A DNA stretch of 64,000 nt. Source: Malacoraja senta (lineage: Eukaryota). The first letter of the stretch is position 1; each line of letters opens with the position of its first letter. The stretch is taken from positions 17,548,001-17,612,000 of the forward strand of contig CM075990.1 in NCBI GenBank assembly GCA_038087875.1, in the 5' to 3' direction. This document shows, piece after piece, positions 13,801 through 24,122 of this stretch. The position numbers and the translations under genes are program-made. Below the pieces are notes generated by a model, which saw only the letters and a list, made by a program, of their open reading frames with translations, searched no databases and was not told the origin of the DNA.

Positions 13801-16420
13801 CATATACCTTCCACCTTTTGTGTGGAAAAAGTTACCCATCAGGTTCACAATAAATCTTTCCCCTCTCACAACTGAGAACCTGTTGGCACTCGAGATGGTT
13901 TCTAGCTATAGTGCAGTGCAGCTTGAGCCAAATTGCCCTCTTCAGAAAGCGCACAGATCCAAACTCAACCAGCAGTGAACTGGCCCAGTCACTTAACTGA
14001 TGCCTTCCCATAGTTGTGTTCTCAATGCAAGGTATTGTTGATTTGTGTCAAAGGTTCAGTCTACATATTAGCTCCATGTATGAGTAATGGACTGTGCATC
14101 ACTCTCTCAATTTAAAGTTTCATCCAGGCATGTTGGTGCAGTTGCAGTTAATCAACGTCTGAGTGCTAAATCACACGAGGTCATGTGAAAATTCCACCAT
14201 TTATTGGGTTAACATGATACCCTGATGCTTACATTCTGGCTAGCAATATCTGGAGGCTGTGAAATTAATGGAGAATTCTAACCATGTGATGTTCAGCAAT
14301 CACCAGTTCATAGACAACCTGCTCATTGAGAAGAAGCACGCACAGAACCAGACTCGTTCACCACTTGGCCAGCTGACAGGTTATTGGAACGGTTCCGAGC
14401 TATTACTCTCCCTTCAACATTCTTGTGAAAGATTTATTATTACATTATGGGAAAGGAATGGTTCAAAAAAAATCAATACTGGTTTCATTTGCATGTTGCT
14501 GAGGAAGGATTGCGATAGTTTGGGATGTGGATTGCTTTGCCTTTCATCAATGGATGATCAGTGGGGTGCTGCATAAAGATTCCTCTCTCCATCTACTACC
14601 ATTATAAAACTGTCAAACGTGCAGCACTTTAGGCTTTCCAAAGAACATAAGATTATAAAACAAGTAACAAGACTTGTGCCTTTTCCTACCTGTATATGCA
14701 ACCTATTCAAGACCTGTTGAGTTGATGTGCAGGTGAATTATAAACATATGGGAAAATAAGAAACTGCATCTCTCCTTGGGCCAAGATCAGAAGTTTTAGA
14801 GACTTGGAAGTTTCAAGATGGCACTGGAAGGTGGAGACTCCCTGCGTGCTGTTCCACAAGAGGATCTATTGTACTCGTGTACAGTGGGATTGGACTGGAA
14901 CAAGCTGCTCACTGTATCTCTGTACACGTGACAACATCTCTGGACTGAACTCTGAAGAAGGGTCTCGACATGAAACATCACCTATTCCTTCTCTCCAGAG
15001 ATGCTGCCTGTCCCGCTGAGTTACTCCAGCATCCTGTGTCTATCTCTGGAGAATATGGATAGGTGACATTTCAGGTCAAGATGCGTCTTGAGACTGATTG
15101 TCGTAAGGGGGAGAAAGCTGGAAAAGCGAGGTGGGGGTGGGATTACACCTGGCAGGTGATGGTGGATACAGGTGAGTGGGGTTTTGATTGGCAGATGATT
15201 GGTTAATGGGCAGAGATGAAAAGGTAAAAAGTGGAGATAAGTAGATGAGAAAAGGTGCGTGGAAGGTGGAAAAGAACGAATACAGGCGGCAGGGGAGGTG
15301 AGAGGGGAAAGGGGAGAAATGAGTCAGGACAATAGTGTTTAATTGTCATATGCCGTGAAACAAAACAATGACATTCATACCTTCAGCACATCAGATTTGT
15401 CAACATCCAAGTGGGACTCAGAGGGGAAACAGAACAGTGTGGAAAAGTGAGGGGAATGTTTACAGGTTAGTTACTGCAATGGGGGAATTCAATGTCATTA
15501 CCATTGCGTTGTCAGCTACACAAGAGGAATTCGAGGTACTCGTTCATGTGATAGATTGCTGGGAAATGAAAATATTTTGCTGACTGTTGCTATTAAGCTT
15601 CTCCATCATTGCCCATCAGTGGTCAAGTTTGCCAATGTAACTTGTTGCAAAGTGATCCCATGCTACCAATGACTTTTACTGATGTCTGTTTTCACTCAAG
15701 GACTGTCATAAGTGCGAACTTGTCACGGATGAAACACAGGACGCTGTAATATCCTGCTGAAAGTACAACTAATTATTTTGATTTTCGGGGAAATTCTCCA
15801 TCTATCGCTGGAACGTACGTGTAACGCCTCGCTCAAGTGTGCAGTGGGCAATCAGCTGCCTCTTGGCCTCAGTGCCACTGCCCTGGGTGAGTGTACACAT
15901 CAACATGTGTTCCCTTGGCTGGTCGGGAGGTCCGTTACACTGCATCCCTCTCCCCACCCACACCAATCTCCATGTGTTAGAGATTACTGAGGCCACACAA
16001 TGAATCGCTGCCCTGAAACCAAACACCGTCCATCCCAACATCTTGGCCAACGATGATTGTTTCCATGGCCTGGGTAATTGTGATTGTCTCCCACGAGACA
16101 GTGTTGATAGACATTCAGGTTTTCATTTAGACAAAACAAACAGTGCTGATTTCACCAATCATTCGGGCACATTTTACCCTGCAATCCATGGACGTTTATC
16201 CCACATATTCTGGCAAATTACACAATTCTGCCCATCGAGTCTATCCTTGCACTCAGAACAATCCCATTTCCCGCTAATTTTGCAAGTAACCTATTCTCCC
16301 TGTCGGGGATTAAAATTATTTGAAAGGAGCAGCCACTAATTCAAAACAAGAACCAGTGTTAAGAATATATCTTCTCCTGGACATTGAAAGCAGTGATCAG
16401 CTTAAACTTGGGGTGGGGAG

Positions 16421-16647
16421 TATCGAATTATTCTTATAATGAGGCTCGTACAACGACGTAATCGGAGTCTGTCTTTATTTAGCAACTCACTACAGCAGCT
16501 GCCTCGTGCTGCATCCCCGGGCCCTGCTGCTAGGCCTCCCCCCGGTTACGCCCACAGCCCCACCTTCAGGCCGGATGCCGTCACTGCAGCCTGACCACTG
16601 GCAGCAGAATAAAGGCATTCCTTACTCTATTATTCCATAATACCACA
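16421..16647 (-). repeat. 3' LTR, preceded by polypurine tract AAAGAAAGGGAGA (16648-16660)
   Basis: Direct repeat of 20789-21015; the PPT abuts the LTR. Confidence 0.95.
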
Positions 16648-16758
16648 TCTCCCTTTCTTTGAGAACAAAGGGTGGACTACCTTTGTCTCTGCAGGTCTTA
16701 AGGGGTTTATTCTGCCCTTTTGCTGAAAGACCTGTCCCTGATCAAATAAATCAATAAA

Positions 16759-19700
16759 TCACCAATCAAGTCTCTGCGGCTTTCTAACCTCTCTCCCACA
16801 CCTGGTCCGCACAGGCTCTGTGGTGGGGCCCTCTCTGCTGGGTGATGTTGTCACTGGTGGAGCTGGCTCTGGTGTAGGTGAATCTTCTCCCACCGGTGGC
16901 TCATCAGCATCGACTACCCCACTGTTGGTCTGCAGCGGCACCAAGTGATGCCGGTTCCTCCTCAGTGTGCCCTGAGGCACCTGGACGATATAAGAGCGAG
17001 GGGTGTTGTGTGTAGATAGCACTGTGCCCTGGACTCGTGCATCGGTGATCCACACATCCTCCCCAGGTACGAGTGGCTCCAGGTTTCTCGCTCCGTGCCT
17101 CTTGTCGAAGGATCTTGCGTCGTTCCTCCTCTTCTCCCTTTCTTTGGCCCCCAGCGCGTTGTAGTCAGGCAAAACTGGATTCAGCAGGGTTGGAAGGGCA
17201 GGAACTGTAGTGCGGAGGCGGCGCCCCATCAACAGCTCGGCCGGGCTATAGCCGTTCTGTAGAGGGGTTGCTCTGTAGGCCAGCAATGCAAGATATGGGT
17301 CTGATGCCTTTGTTAGCAGGTTTTTCACGGTTTGTACAGCGCGTTCCGCCTCCCCATTGCTCTGAGGAAACTTGGGGCTGCTCGTGATGTGCACAAAGCC
17401 ATACTCTGCTGCAAAGGCTTTAAAGTGGCTACCTGAGAACTGGGGCCCATTGTCACTTTTAAGAAATTCCCCAATTCCATGACGACAAAACATGGATTTC
17501 AGGTGCACCACCACATCTGTGGACCTTGTGTGTGTCAGCAGCGCAACTTCCACATACCTTGAGAAATAATCTACTACTAGTAGATAAGTCTTGTTTTTCA
17601 GCGTGAACAGGTCAGCTCCCAAGGTTTGCCAAGGCCTGTCTGGCATCTCCGTTGGCATCAGTGGCTCTTTGACGTTCCTTCTCTCTTGGATGCAGGTTCT
17701 ACATTTCAGCACCATGTCATTCAGCTGGCTGCTGAGTCCTGGCCACCATACCGTCTGTTTGGCCCGGCCCCTGCACTTTGTCACCCCCAGGTGTCCCTCA
17801 TGTAGTCTCTGCAGCACATCACCTTGTAAGGCTGTTGGGATGACGAGTCTCGTGCCCCGCAGCAGCAGCCCATCGTGCACAGTCAGCACTGCTCTATCAG
17901 CCCAGTAATGTCTCAGCACTCCCTGCAGTTGGCTTTTGTCGGGCCACCCGTCTGTGCAGTACTCCATCAGTGCAGAGCATGTGCTGTCTGCCTTCAGGTG
18001 CTCACGTAGGCTGCTCAGATAATCTCCACTGACAGGAATGTTGCTGATGACAGAGTCTACATAGATGTTGGTGTCCTCTAATAGGCTTATGTCTGTGTGT
18101 GCTCTTGCGGCTCTCAGAGGAGCACGAGATAAGGTGTCGGCTGTCCACAGGCTTTTGCCAGGGACATGATTGACTGTATAGTTGTACCTCATGAGTCTCA
18201 TCCTAAATCTTTGGATTCTTGGTGGGAGGTCATCCAAAGCTTTCCTTCCCAGCAGACTCACCAACGGCTTATGGTCAGTTTCCAGCTCGAATGGTCTTCC
18301 CAGGATGAAACAGCTGAACCTTTCACATGCCCACGTTGCAGCCAATGCCTCCTTCTCTACTTGAGCATAGCGTTGCTCTGTTGGCGTCATTGACCTGGAC
18401 GCATATGCCACAGGTGACCACATGGCATCGCTCTTCTGCAGCAGGACTGCCCCCAGGCCAAAGGAAGAAGCATCAGCAGAGATCTTTAAAGCACTGTTTG
18501 GGTTGTATAATGTGAGCACTGGTGTGGATGACAGCTCTGTTTTTAACTGATCAAAGGCGGCCTGCTGCTCTGTCCCCCAGTACCAGTGGTTCTTCTTGGA
18601 CAGCAGGTCTCGTAGCACTTTGTCTTTTTCAGCCAGGTTAGGCAAGAAGCGGCCCAGCTGATTGACCATGCCCAGAAAACTCCTGAGTTCGCTGACATTT
18701 TTGGGTGCATCCATCTCTTGTACTGCTCTCGTCTTCTCTGGATCTGGCTTCACTCCATCTGCTGAAATCACATGACCCAGGAATCTGACTGTGTGGCGTG
18801 TGAGCTCACATTTGTCCATGTTGAGCGTAATGCCGGCCTTTTGTGCCTTCTTTAGCACCGCATGTAGCCGCACATCATGCTCCTCCTGCGTCTGTCCCCA
18901 GACCAGGATGTCGTCCATGTGACACAGTACCCCCTCCAGGCCACCGGTCACTTCTGTCACCATCATCCTTTGAAAGTGCTCGGGGGCTGATGCTATGCCA
19001 AAGGGTAGACGGTTAAAATAGTAGCGCCCATAAGGCGTGATGAAGGTGGTGTATTTGGCAGACTCTTTTGTCAATGGTACTTGCCAAAAGCCCATGTTGG
19101 CATCTAATTTGCTGAAGACTGTTGCGCCAGCTAGCATGCCCAGAGTGTGCTCGACAGAAGGCAGGATAAACTTTTCTCTGCATACTGATTCATTCATCAT
19201 TGTGAAATCCACACAAATGCGAACATCACCTGCTTTTTTCGGCACCACCACCATCCCGGCACACCAATCAGTCGGCTCCTCAATCTTGGTGATTACGCCC
19301 ATCTTCTCCATACGGTCTATCTCCTCCTTCACTTTTCCCATAAGCGGCAGAGGGACTCTGCGTGGTGTGTGGAGAGAGAAGGGCACAGCCTCTGGCTTTA
19401 ATTTAATTGAGTATGGCCTCAGAACAAGACCCAAGCCGCTACACAGCTTCGGATATTGTTGTTTCATTGATTCCGTGGTGATGCTGTCAACCCTGCACAC
19501 AAGCTGAAGCTGTTCTATGGCAGGCCTTCCCAACAGTGCAGTGTGCAGGTCTTTTACTACATAAATGTTCTCTATGGCTGTCTTTTTGCCTCTGCGCAGT
19601 GTTTCTCTGGCTACACCTAGGACAGAGAGTGCATTGCCCCCTGGCCCAAACAACGGGCGTGTCGGCACTGCCAGGCGCTTCACATCATGCCCCCCTGTAA

Positions 19701-20694
19701 TGTCATGGTACACCTCGGCTGGCATGGCGGTGACATCAGCACCAGTGTCTATTTTAAAGCACACTTTTTTTTGTCTCACTTGTAGCTGCACCGTCCACGG
19801 GTCTTTTCCAGCATCCACGGCTCCCAGGAAAAAGCTCTCTTCTTCCTCTGTAGTGACAGCATTCAGAGATTTTGCACTGTTTCTGCACACTTTGCCATAA
19901 TGTCCCTTTTTGCCACAGTTGTGACACACAGCATCTTTAGCAGGGCATTCCCATTTTCCATGCGAGGGCATTTTTCCACATCTATAACAGGCCTTTGAAC
20001 CTGGCTGTGGCCGTATATTAAGTTTATTTTTGCCTGGTGTTTGTGCTTGTGGCTGAGGCTTTGAGGGAAATTTGGGTTTTCTGTAGCTTTTAGCATGCAC
20101 AGCATCAACATTAGAGCACTTGCTAGCACCGCCATTTTCTCCTCTTAAGTCAGACCGCTGTCGTCTAACTTCTTCAGACTGCCTTGTCTTTGTTATCGCA
20201 GTTCCAAGGGTTAGGTCTCTGTCTAGCTGTAGCTTTTCTGACAATGAGACGTTTCTCAGCCCGACCACTAACCTGTCGCGGATCAGCTCGTTCTGTAACT
20301 GTCCATAGTTGCAGTGTTCAGCTAATCCGTATAGAGCAGTGATGAAGGAATCCACCGTTTCTTCTGGCAGTTGCACACGCTGATTGAACTTGGCTCTTTC
20401 GTAGATTACATTCTTTTTAGGCACAAAAAATGCATCAAAGCCAGCCTTAACATCCGTGTACACCTTCCTCTCATCTGCAGTTAGCGTTAGCCCCTTTAGC
20501 ACATCTTCGGCTTCATCACCCATGCAGTACACTAACGTGTTCACCTGGTTTTCTTCCGACGTTGCGTTTAAGTTGCTTGCAAGCCGAAAGCGGTCGAATC
20601 TCCTGATCCAACGCTCCCATTCTTGAGGCTTGGTAAAATCGAATGGCTCTGGAGGTTGTATTGTGAACGTAGCAGTTGGTGTAGGTTGCGCCAT
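16759..20694 (-). CDS. Gag-Pol polyprotein, 1311 aa (Gag with two CCHC knuckles, protease, RT, RNase H, integrase)
   Basis: CYRCGKMPSHGKWEC and CHNCGKKGHYGKVC knuckles; DTGAD protease; LPFG and HMDD RT motifs; DAS...E RNase H; H-H-C-C and DDE integrase (DLF, SDNG, GEAER); Gypsy domain order. Confidence 0.97.
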   Translation of the reverse strand: MAQPTPTATFTIQPPEPFDFTKPQEWERWIRRFDRFRLASNLNATSEENQVNTLVYCMGDEAEDVLKGLTLTADERKVYTDVKAGFDAFFVPKKNVIYERAKFNQRVQLPEETVDSFITALYGLAEHCNYGQLQNELIRDRLVVGLRNVSLSEKLQLDRDLTLGTAITKTRQSEEVRRQRSDLRGENGGASKCSNVDAVHAKSYRKPKFPSKPQPQAQTPGKNKLNIRPQPGSKACYRCGKMPSHGKWECPAKDAVCHNCGKKGHYGKVCRNSAKSLNAVTTEEEESFFLGAVDAGKDPWTVQLQVRQKKVCFKIDTGADVTAMPAEVYHDITGGHDVKRLAVPTRPLFGPGGNALSVLGVARETLRRGKKTAIENIYVVKDLHTALLGRPAIEQLQLVCRVDSITTESMKQQYPKLCSGLGLVLRPYSIKLKPEAVPFSLHTPRRVPLPLMGKVKEEIDRMEKMGVITKIEEPTDWCAGMVVVPKKAGDVRICVDFTMMNESVCREKFILPSVEHTLGMLAGATVFSKLDANMGFWQVPLTKESAKYTTFITPYGRYYFNRLPFGIASAPEHFQRMMVTEVTGGLEGVLCHMDDILVWGQTQEEHDVRLHAVLKKAQKAGITLNMDKCELTRHTVRFLGHVISADGVKPDPEKTRAVQEMDAPKNVSELRSFLGMVNQLGRFLPNLAEKDKVLRDLLSKKNHWYWGTEQQAAFDQLKTELSSTPVLTLYNPNSALKISADASSFGLGAVLLQKSDAMWSPVAYASRSMTPTEQRYAQVEKEALAATWACERFSCFILGRPFELETDHKPLVSLLGRKALDDLPPRIQRFRMRLMRYNYTVNHVPGKSLWTADTLSRAPLRAARAHTDISLLEDTNIYVDSVISNIPVSGDYLSSLREHLKADSTCSALMEYCTDGWPDKSQLQGVLRHYWADRAVLTVHDGLLLRGTRLVIPTALQGDVLQRLHEGHLGVTKCRGRAKQTVWWPGLSSQLNDMVLKCRTCIQERRNVKEPLMPTEMPDRPWQTLGADLFTLKNKTYLLVVDYFSRYVEVALLTHTRSTDVVVHLKSMFCRHGIGEFLKSDNGPQFSGSHFKAFAAEYGFVHITSSPKFPQSNGEAERAVQTVKNLLTKASDPYLALLAYRATPLQNGYSPAELLMGRRLRTTVPALPTLLNPVLPDYNALGAKEREKRRNDARSFDKRHGARNLEPLVPGEDVWITDARVQGTVLSTHNTPRSYIVQVPQGTLRRNRHHLVPLQTNSGVVDADEPPVGEDSPTPEPAPPVTTSPSREGPTTEPVRTRCGREVRKPQRLDW

Positions 20695-20770
20695 ATCTGT
20701 CAGCTCATCTCACATTTCTCCGCCAAACGATACACTTTCCTCTCCTTCTTTTTTATTTTCGCTTACAAGT

Positions 20771-20788
20771 ATCCCGTTTCTGACACCA
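20771..20788 (-). other. Primer-binding site TGGTGTCAGAAACGGGAT (tRNA-Leu type)
   Basis: Immediately after the 5' LTR, begins TGG; close to the complement of the vertebrate tRNA-Leu 3' end as I recall it (TGGTGTCAGAAGTGGGAT). Confidence 0.8.
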
Positions 20789-21015
20789 TATCGAATTATT
20801 CTTATAATGAGGCTCGTACAACGACGTAATCGGAGTCTGTCTTTATTTAGCAACTCACTACAGCAGCTGCCTCGTGCTGCATCCCCGGGCCCTGCTGCTA
20901 GGCCTCTCTCCGGTTACGCCCACAGCCCCACCTTCAGGCCGGATGCCGTCACTGCAGCCTGACCACTGGCAGCAGAATAAAGGCATTCCTTACTCTATTA
21001 TTCCATAATACCACA
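20789..21015 (-). repeat. 5' LTR (TG...TA termini)
   Basis: Matches 16421-16647 except 2 substitutions seen by eye (ctctcc vs cccccc). Confidence 0.95.
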
Positions 21016-21152
21016 GGGAGATTGCAACCTTCATGTGGTCCGCCCTGTTTCGACAAATGCAATCAACCCGGCGTGCACAATCAAATAAGATCAAATAGAA
21101 CAAGTTGTCCGACAACATTAGGCCGTGCACGCCATACGCAAGAAGAAGTAGA
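21016..21152 (+). mobile_element. Same short element, 3' part (its 5' end, 16410-16420, is separated by the Gypsy insertion); carries most of the HDV-like fold
   Basis: TSD AGCTTAAA(C/A)TT at 16399-16409 and 21153-21163; P2 GATTGCA/TGCAATC, P3 ACC/GGT, and P1' CCGCCCT pairing with GGGGTGG at 16410. Confidence 0.8.
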
Positions 21153-21251
21153 AGCTTAAAATTAAAAGAACAGTTTTGCAAATTCATGGGCTGTCTATCA
21201 TGACAATTGAATACATTAATTGGCCGATATCAAACCAGAAATTTACATAAA

Positions 21252-21621
21252 GTGCTGGAGTAACTCAGCGGGTCAGGCAGCATCTGTGGAGAACATGGAT
21301 AGGTGACGTTTCACAGAGTGCTGGAGTAACTCAGCGGGTCAGGCAGCATCTGTGGAGAACATGGATAGGTGACGTTTCACAGAGTGCTGGAGTAACTCAG
21401 CGGGTCAGGCAGCATCTGTGGAGAACATGGATAGGTGACGTTTCACAGAGTGCTGGAGTAACTCAGCGGGTCAGGCAGCATCTGTGGAGAACATGGATAG
21501 GTGACGTTTCACAGAGTGCTGGAGTAACTCAGCGGGTCAGGCAGCATCTGTGGAGAACATGGATAGGTGACGTTTCACAGAGTGCTGGAGTAACTCAGCG
21601 GGTCAGGCAGCATCTGTGGAG
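21252..21621 (-). repeat. 66-bp tandem array (about 5.6 units) derived from the Penelope repeat
   Basis: Unit starts at 21252, 21318, 21384, 21450, 21516 and 21582. Confidence 0.95.
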
Positions 21622-22664
21622 CGAAGGAAATGGGCAACCTTTCGGGCCGAAACCCTGAAGGAAATAGGCAACGTTTCAGGCCGAAACCCGGAAGGGTTTC
21701 GGGCCGAAACGTTGCCTATTTCCTTCGCTCCATAGATGCTGCCGGAACATGGATAGGTGACGTTTCAGTTCAGGACTTTTCTACAGACTTGACCTATCCA
21801 TGTTCTCCACAGATGCTACCTGACCCGCTGAGTTACTCCAGCACTCTGTCTTGTTTTTGTAAACTTGATTTGCTTTGAGTTTGGGGCTTCCACCCAGGGG
21901 GTTTGCTGGAGGATGTCTGTTTTTCTTGGTGAATCATCAACCAGCTTCAGCCCCTTAGTAACTTTGTTCAAAAGTTTCCAGTGCTCCCACATTCCCACCA
22001 ATCCCAACCTCCCAGCGCCCCAGACTCTACCACCCACTGACACAATAGGGTTCATTCAGAGCAGCCATTAACCCAGCAAACCACACCTCTCAGGATGTGG
22101 GAGGAAATGGGAGCTCCCAGCAGCCACGTGCAGGCTCCACACAGACAGCACCTGAGGTCAGGATTGAACCCGGGTCCCAGATTTGTGAGGCTCTGTCACA
22201 ATATTTGACTGCATTTCCTTTGAAGGAGTGATCTTTCTTTGATATTGTAACTATCTTCTATCCTCCTGTCCCTCCTCTGCCCCTCTATAATATCTACAGA
22301 CTGAAGCTGTGAAAGTCTCGTCATCCTGAGTCAATGCACTGTTTTACTCACTGCCACCAGAAGCTCATAAGTTGATAAGTTCTAGAATAAAGCCATTCAG
22401 TCCATCAACCCTACGCAAGGTATTCAAGGCTGATCTATCTTTCCCTCTCAATCCCATTCTCCCGCCTTCACCCCATAACCCCTATACCCTTACTAATCAA
22501 AAATCTGCCAATCTCCACCTTAAAAATATCCATTGACAGCCTCCACAAGTAATAGGGGCAGAATTAAGCCATTCGGCCCATCATCTACTCCGCCATTCAA
22601 TCATGGCTGATCTATCTTTCACTCTTAACCCCATTCTCCTGCCTTCTCCCCATAACCCTTGACA

Positions 22665-23036
22665 GCATCATATTTCGCTTGGGCAGCTTACAGCCCAGTG
22701 GTATGAATCTTGATTTCTCTAACTTCAGGCAGCCGCGGCATTCCCTCTCTCTCTATCCCTGCCCCACCCAAGTCACACCAGCTTCTTGTTTTCACCCAAC
22801 AAACAGCTAACAACGGCCTGTTTCCTTTATCATCGTTACTTTTTTGCATATCTTTCATTCATTGTTCTTTATCTCTCAACATCACCGTCTATATCTCTTG
22901 TTTCCCTTATCCTTAACCAGTCTGAAGAAGGGTCTCGACCCGAAACATCACCAGAGATGCTGTCTGACCCGCTGAGTTACTCCAGCATTTTGTGTCAATC
23001 TTCGGTTTAAACTAGCATCTGCAGTTCCTTCCTACA
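22665..23036 (+). mobile_element. Penelope-like element 3' fragment (GIY-YIG C-terminus plus terminal repeat)
   Basis: IIFRLGSLQPSGMNLDFSNF-like coding remnant followed by the CTGAAGAAGGGTCTCGACCCGAAA repeat. Confidence 0.75.
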
Positions 23037-23676
23037 CAATGAAAGTTGAGGCCAGTTCATTGGCTATATTTAAGAGGGAGTTAGATGTGGCCCTTGTAGC
23101 TAAAGGGATCAGGGGGTATGGAGAGAAAGCAGGTACAGGATACTGAGTTGGATGATCAGCCATGATCATATTGAATGGCGATGCAGGCTCGAAGGGCCGA
23201 ATGGCCTACTCCTGCTCCTATTTTTCTATGTTTTTAATGTTCTATGAAAGGAGGTAGTTTGGTTACCAAATAATTCATTTGGGAATAGACAATAAACAAT
23301 AGACAATAGGTGCAGGAGTAGGCCATTCGGCCCTTCGAGCCAGCACCGCCATTCAATGTGATCATGGCTGACCATCCCCAATCAGTACCCCGTTCCTGCC
23401 TTCTCCCCATATCCCCTGACTCCGCTATTTTTAAGAGCCCTATCTAGCTCTCTCTTGAAAGCATCCAGAGAACCTGCCTCCACCGCTCTTTGAGGCAGGG
23501 AAGCTGCATCATTTTCATGATAAATTCTATTTAACAAAGGACTAACCCATTCATCTTCTGCAAATTAAGTTCTTGTTGGGAAAACAGCCATCTAATTCTC
23601 AAAACCTCGTGAGCTTCAAAGGACTTGCAAGCACAGTGACAAAGAAGCTCCCACCTCCACAACACATTTACACTGA

Positions 23677-24122
23677 TTTCTCCGTGGATTGCCACCTTGT
23701 CGTGGTGGAGAAGCTTGTGTGGTCCTGAGATCCTGAGAGCGATGCCGTCTGGAGCATAGATCCTGAGAGTGATGCCGTCTGGAGCTATGCTCCTGATAGG
23801 GCCACCCATGGCGGTAAGGTCGAGGGGAAGGTCTCTGTCAAAGAGCAATCCAACCAAGACCTCAACGGTGGAACAGGCGGAGGACGATGGCTGACTTTAG
23901 TGGAGCGTCACAACGGTTGGGAAGGCGGATGAAGGGTGCAGCAGAAAAGGGTCTCCGGTCGTCTTGGACTCCATGCCACTGGATTCTGACCCAGATCTGT
24001 CAAGGACCGTGTGGTGGCTGTCTGTGCACCAGTCTCCCCACGTTAAACAAAGTCACGCACAGGCGTCCTCCATATAGGGAATAGCACCCTGGAGACATCC
24101 ATGGTCAGCCTAAGAAGAAGAA
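23677..24122 (+). mobile_element. Non-autonomous RTE-derived element (RTE-type 5' UTR plus AAG tail) with an HDV-like fold at 23677-23815
   Basis: TGCCACCTTGTCGTGGTGG...GGGCCACCCA motif resembling RTE/BovB-type 5' UTRs; ends TAAGAAGAAGAA; internal 30-bp duplication; no clear TSD. Confidence 0.7.

Larger units (their letters stand above)
16421..21015 (-). mobile_element. Full-length Ty3/Gypsy LTR retrotransposon (Mag-like organisation)
   Basis: 227-bp LTRs (16421-16647 and 20789-21015), 5-bp TSD GGGAG (16416-16420 and 21016-21020), PBS, PPT and a single gag-pol ORF. Confidence 0.97.

Noticed and set aside
13905..13978. EPNCPLQ motif on the + strand
   Set aside because: No CxC upstream and no splice context.
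21252..21621. CRISPR-like regular repeats
   Set aside because: No unique spacers, no cas genes, eukaryotic context.
23545..23660. HCACKSFEAH resembling CXCL12 RCPCRFFESH
   Set aside because: No in-frame third Cys, no good acceptor and no companion exons found; probably chance.
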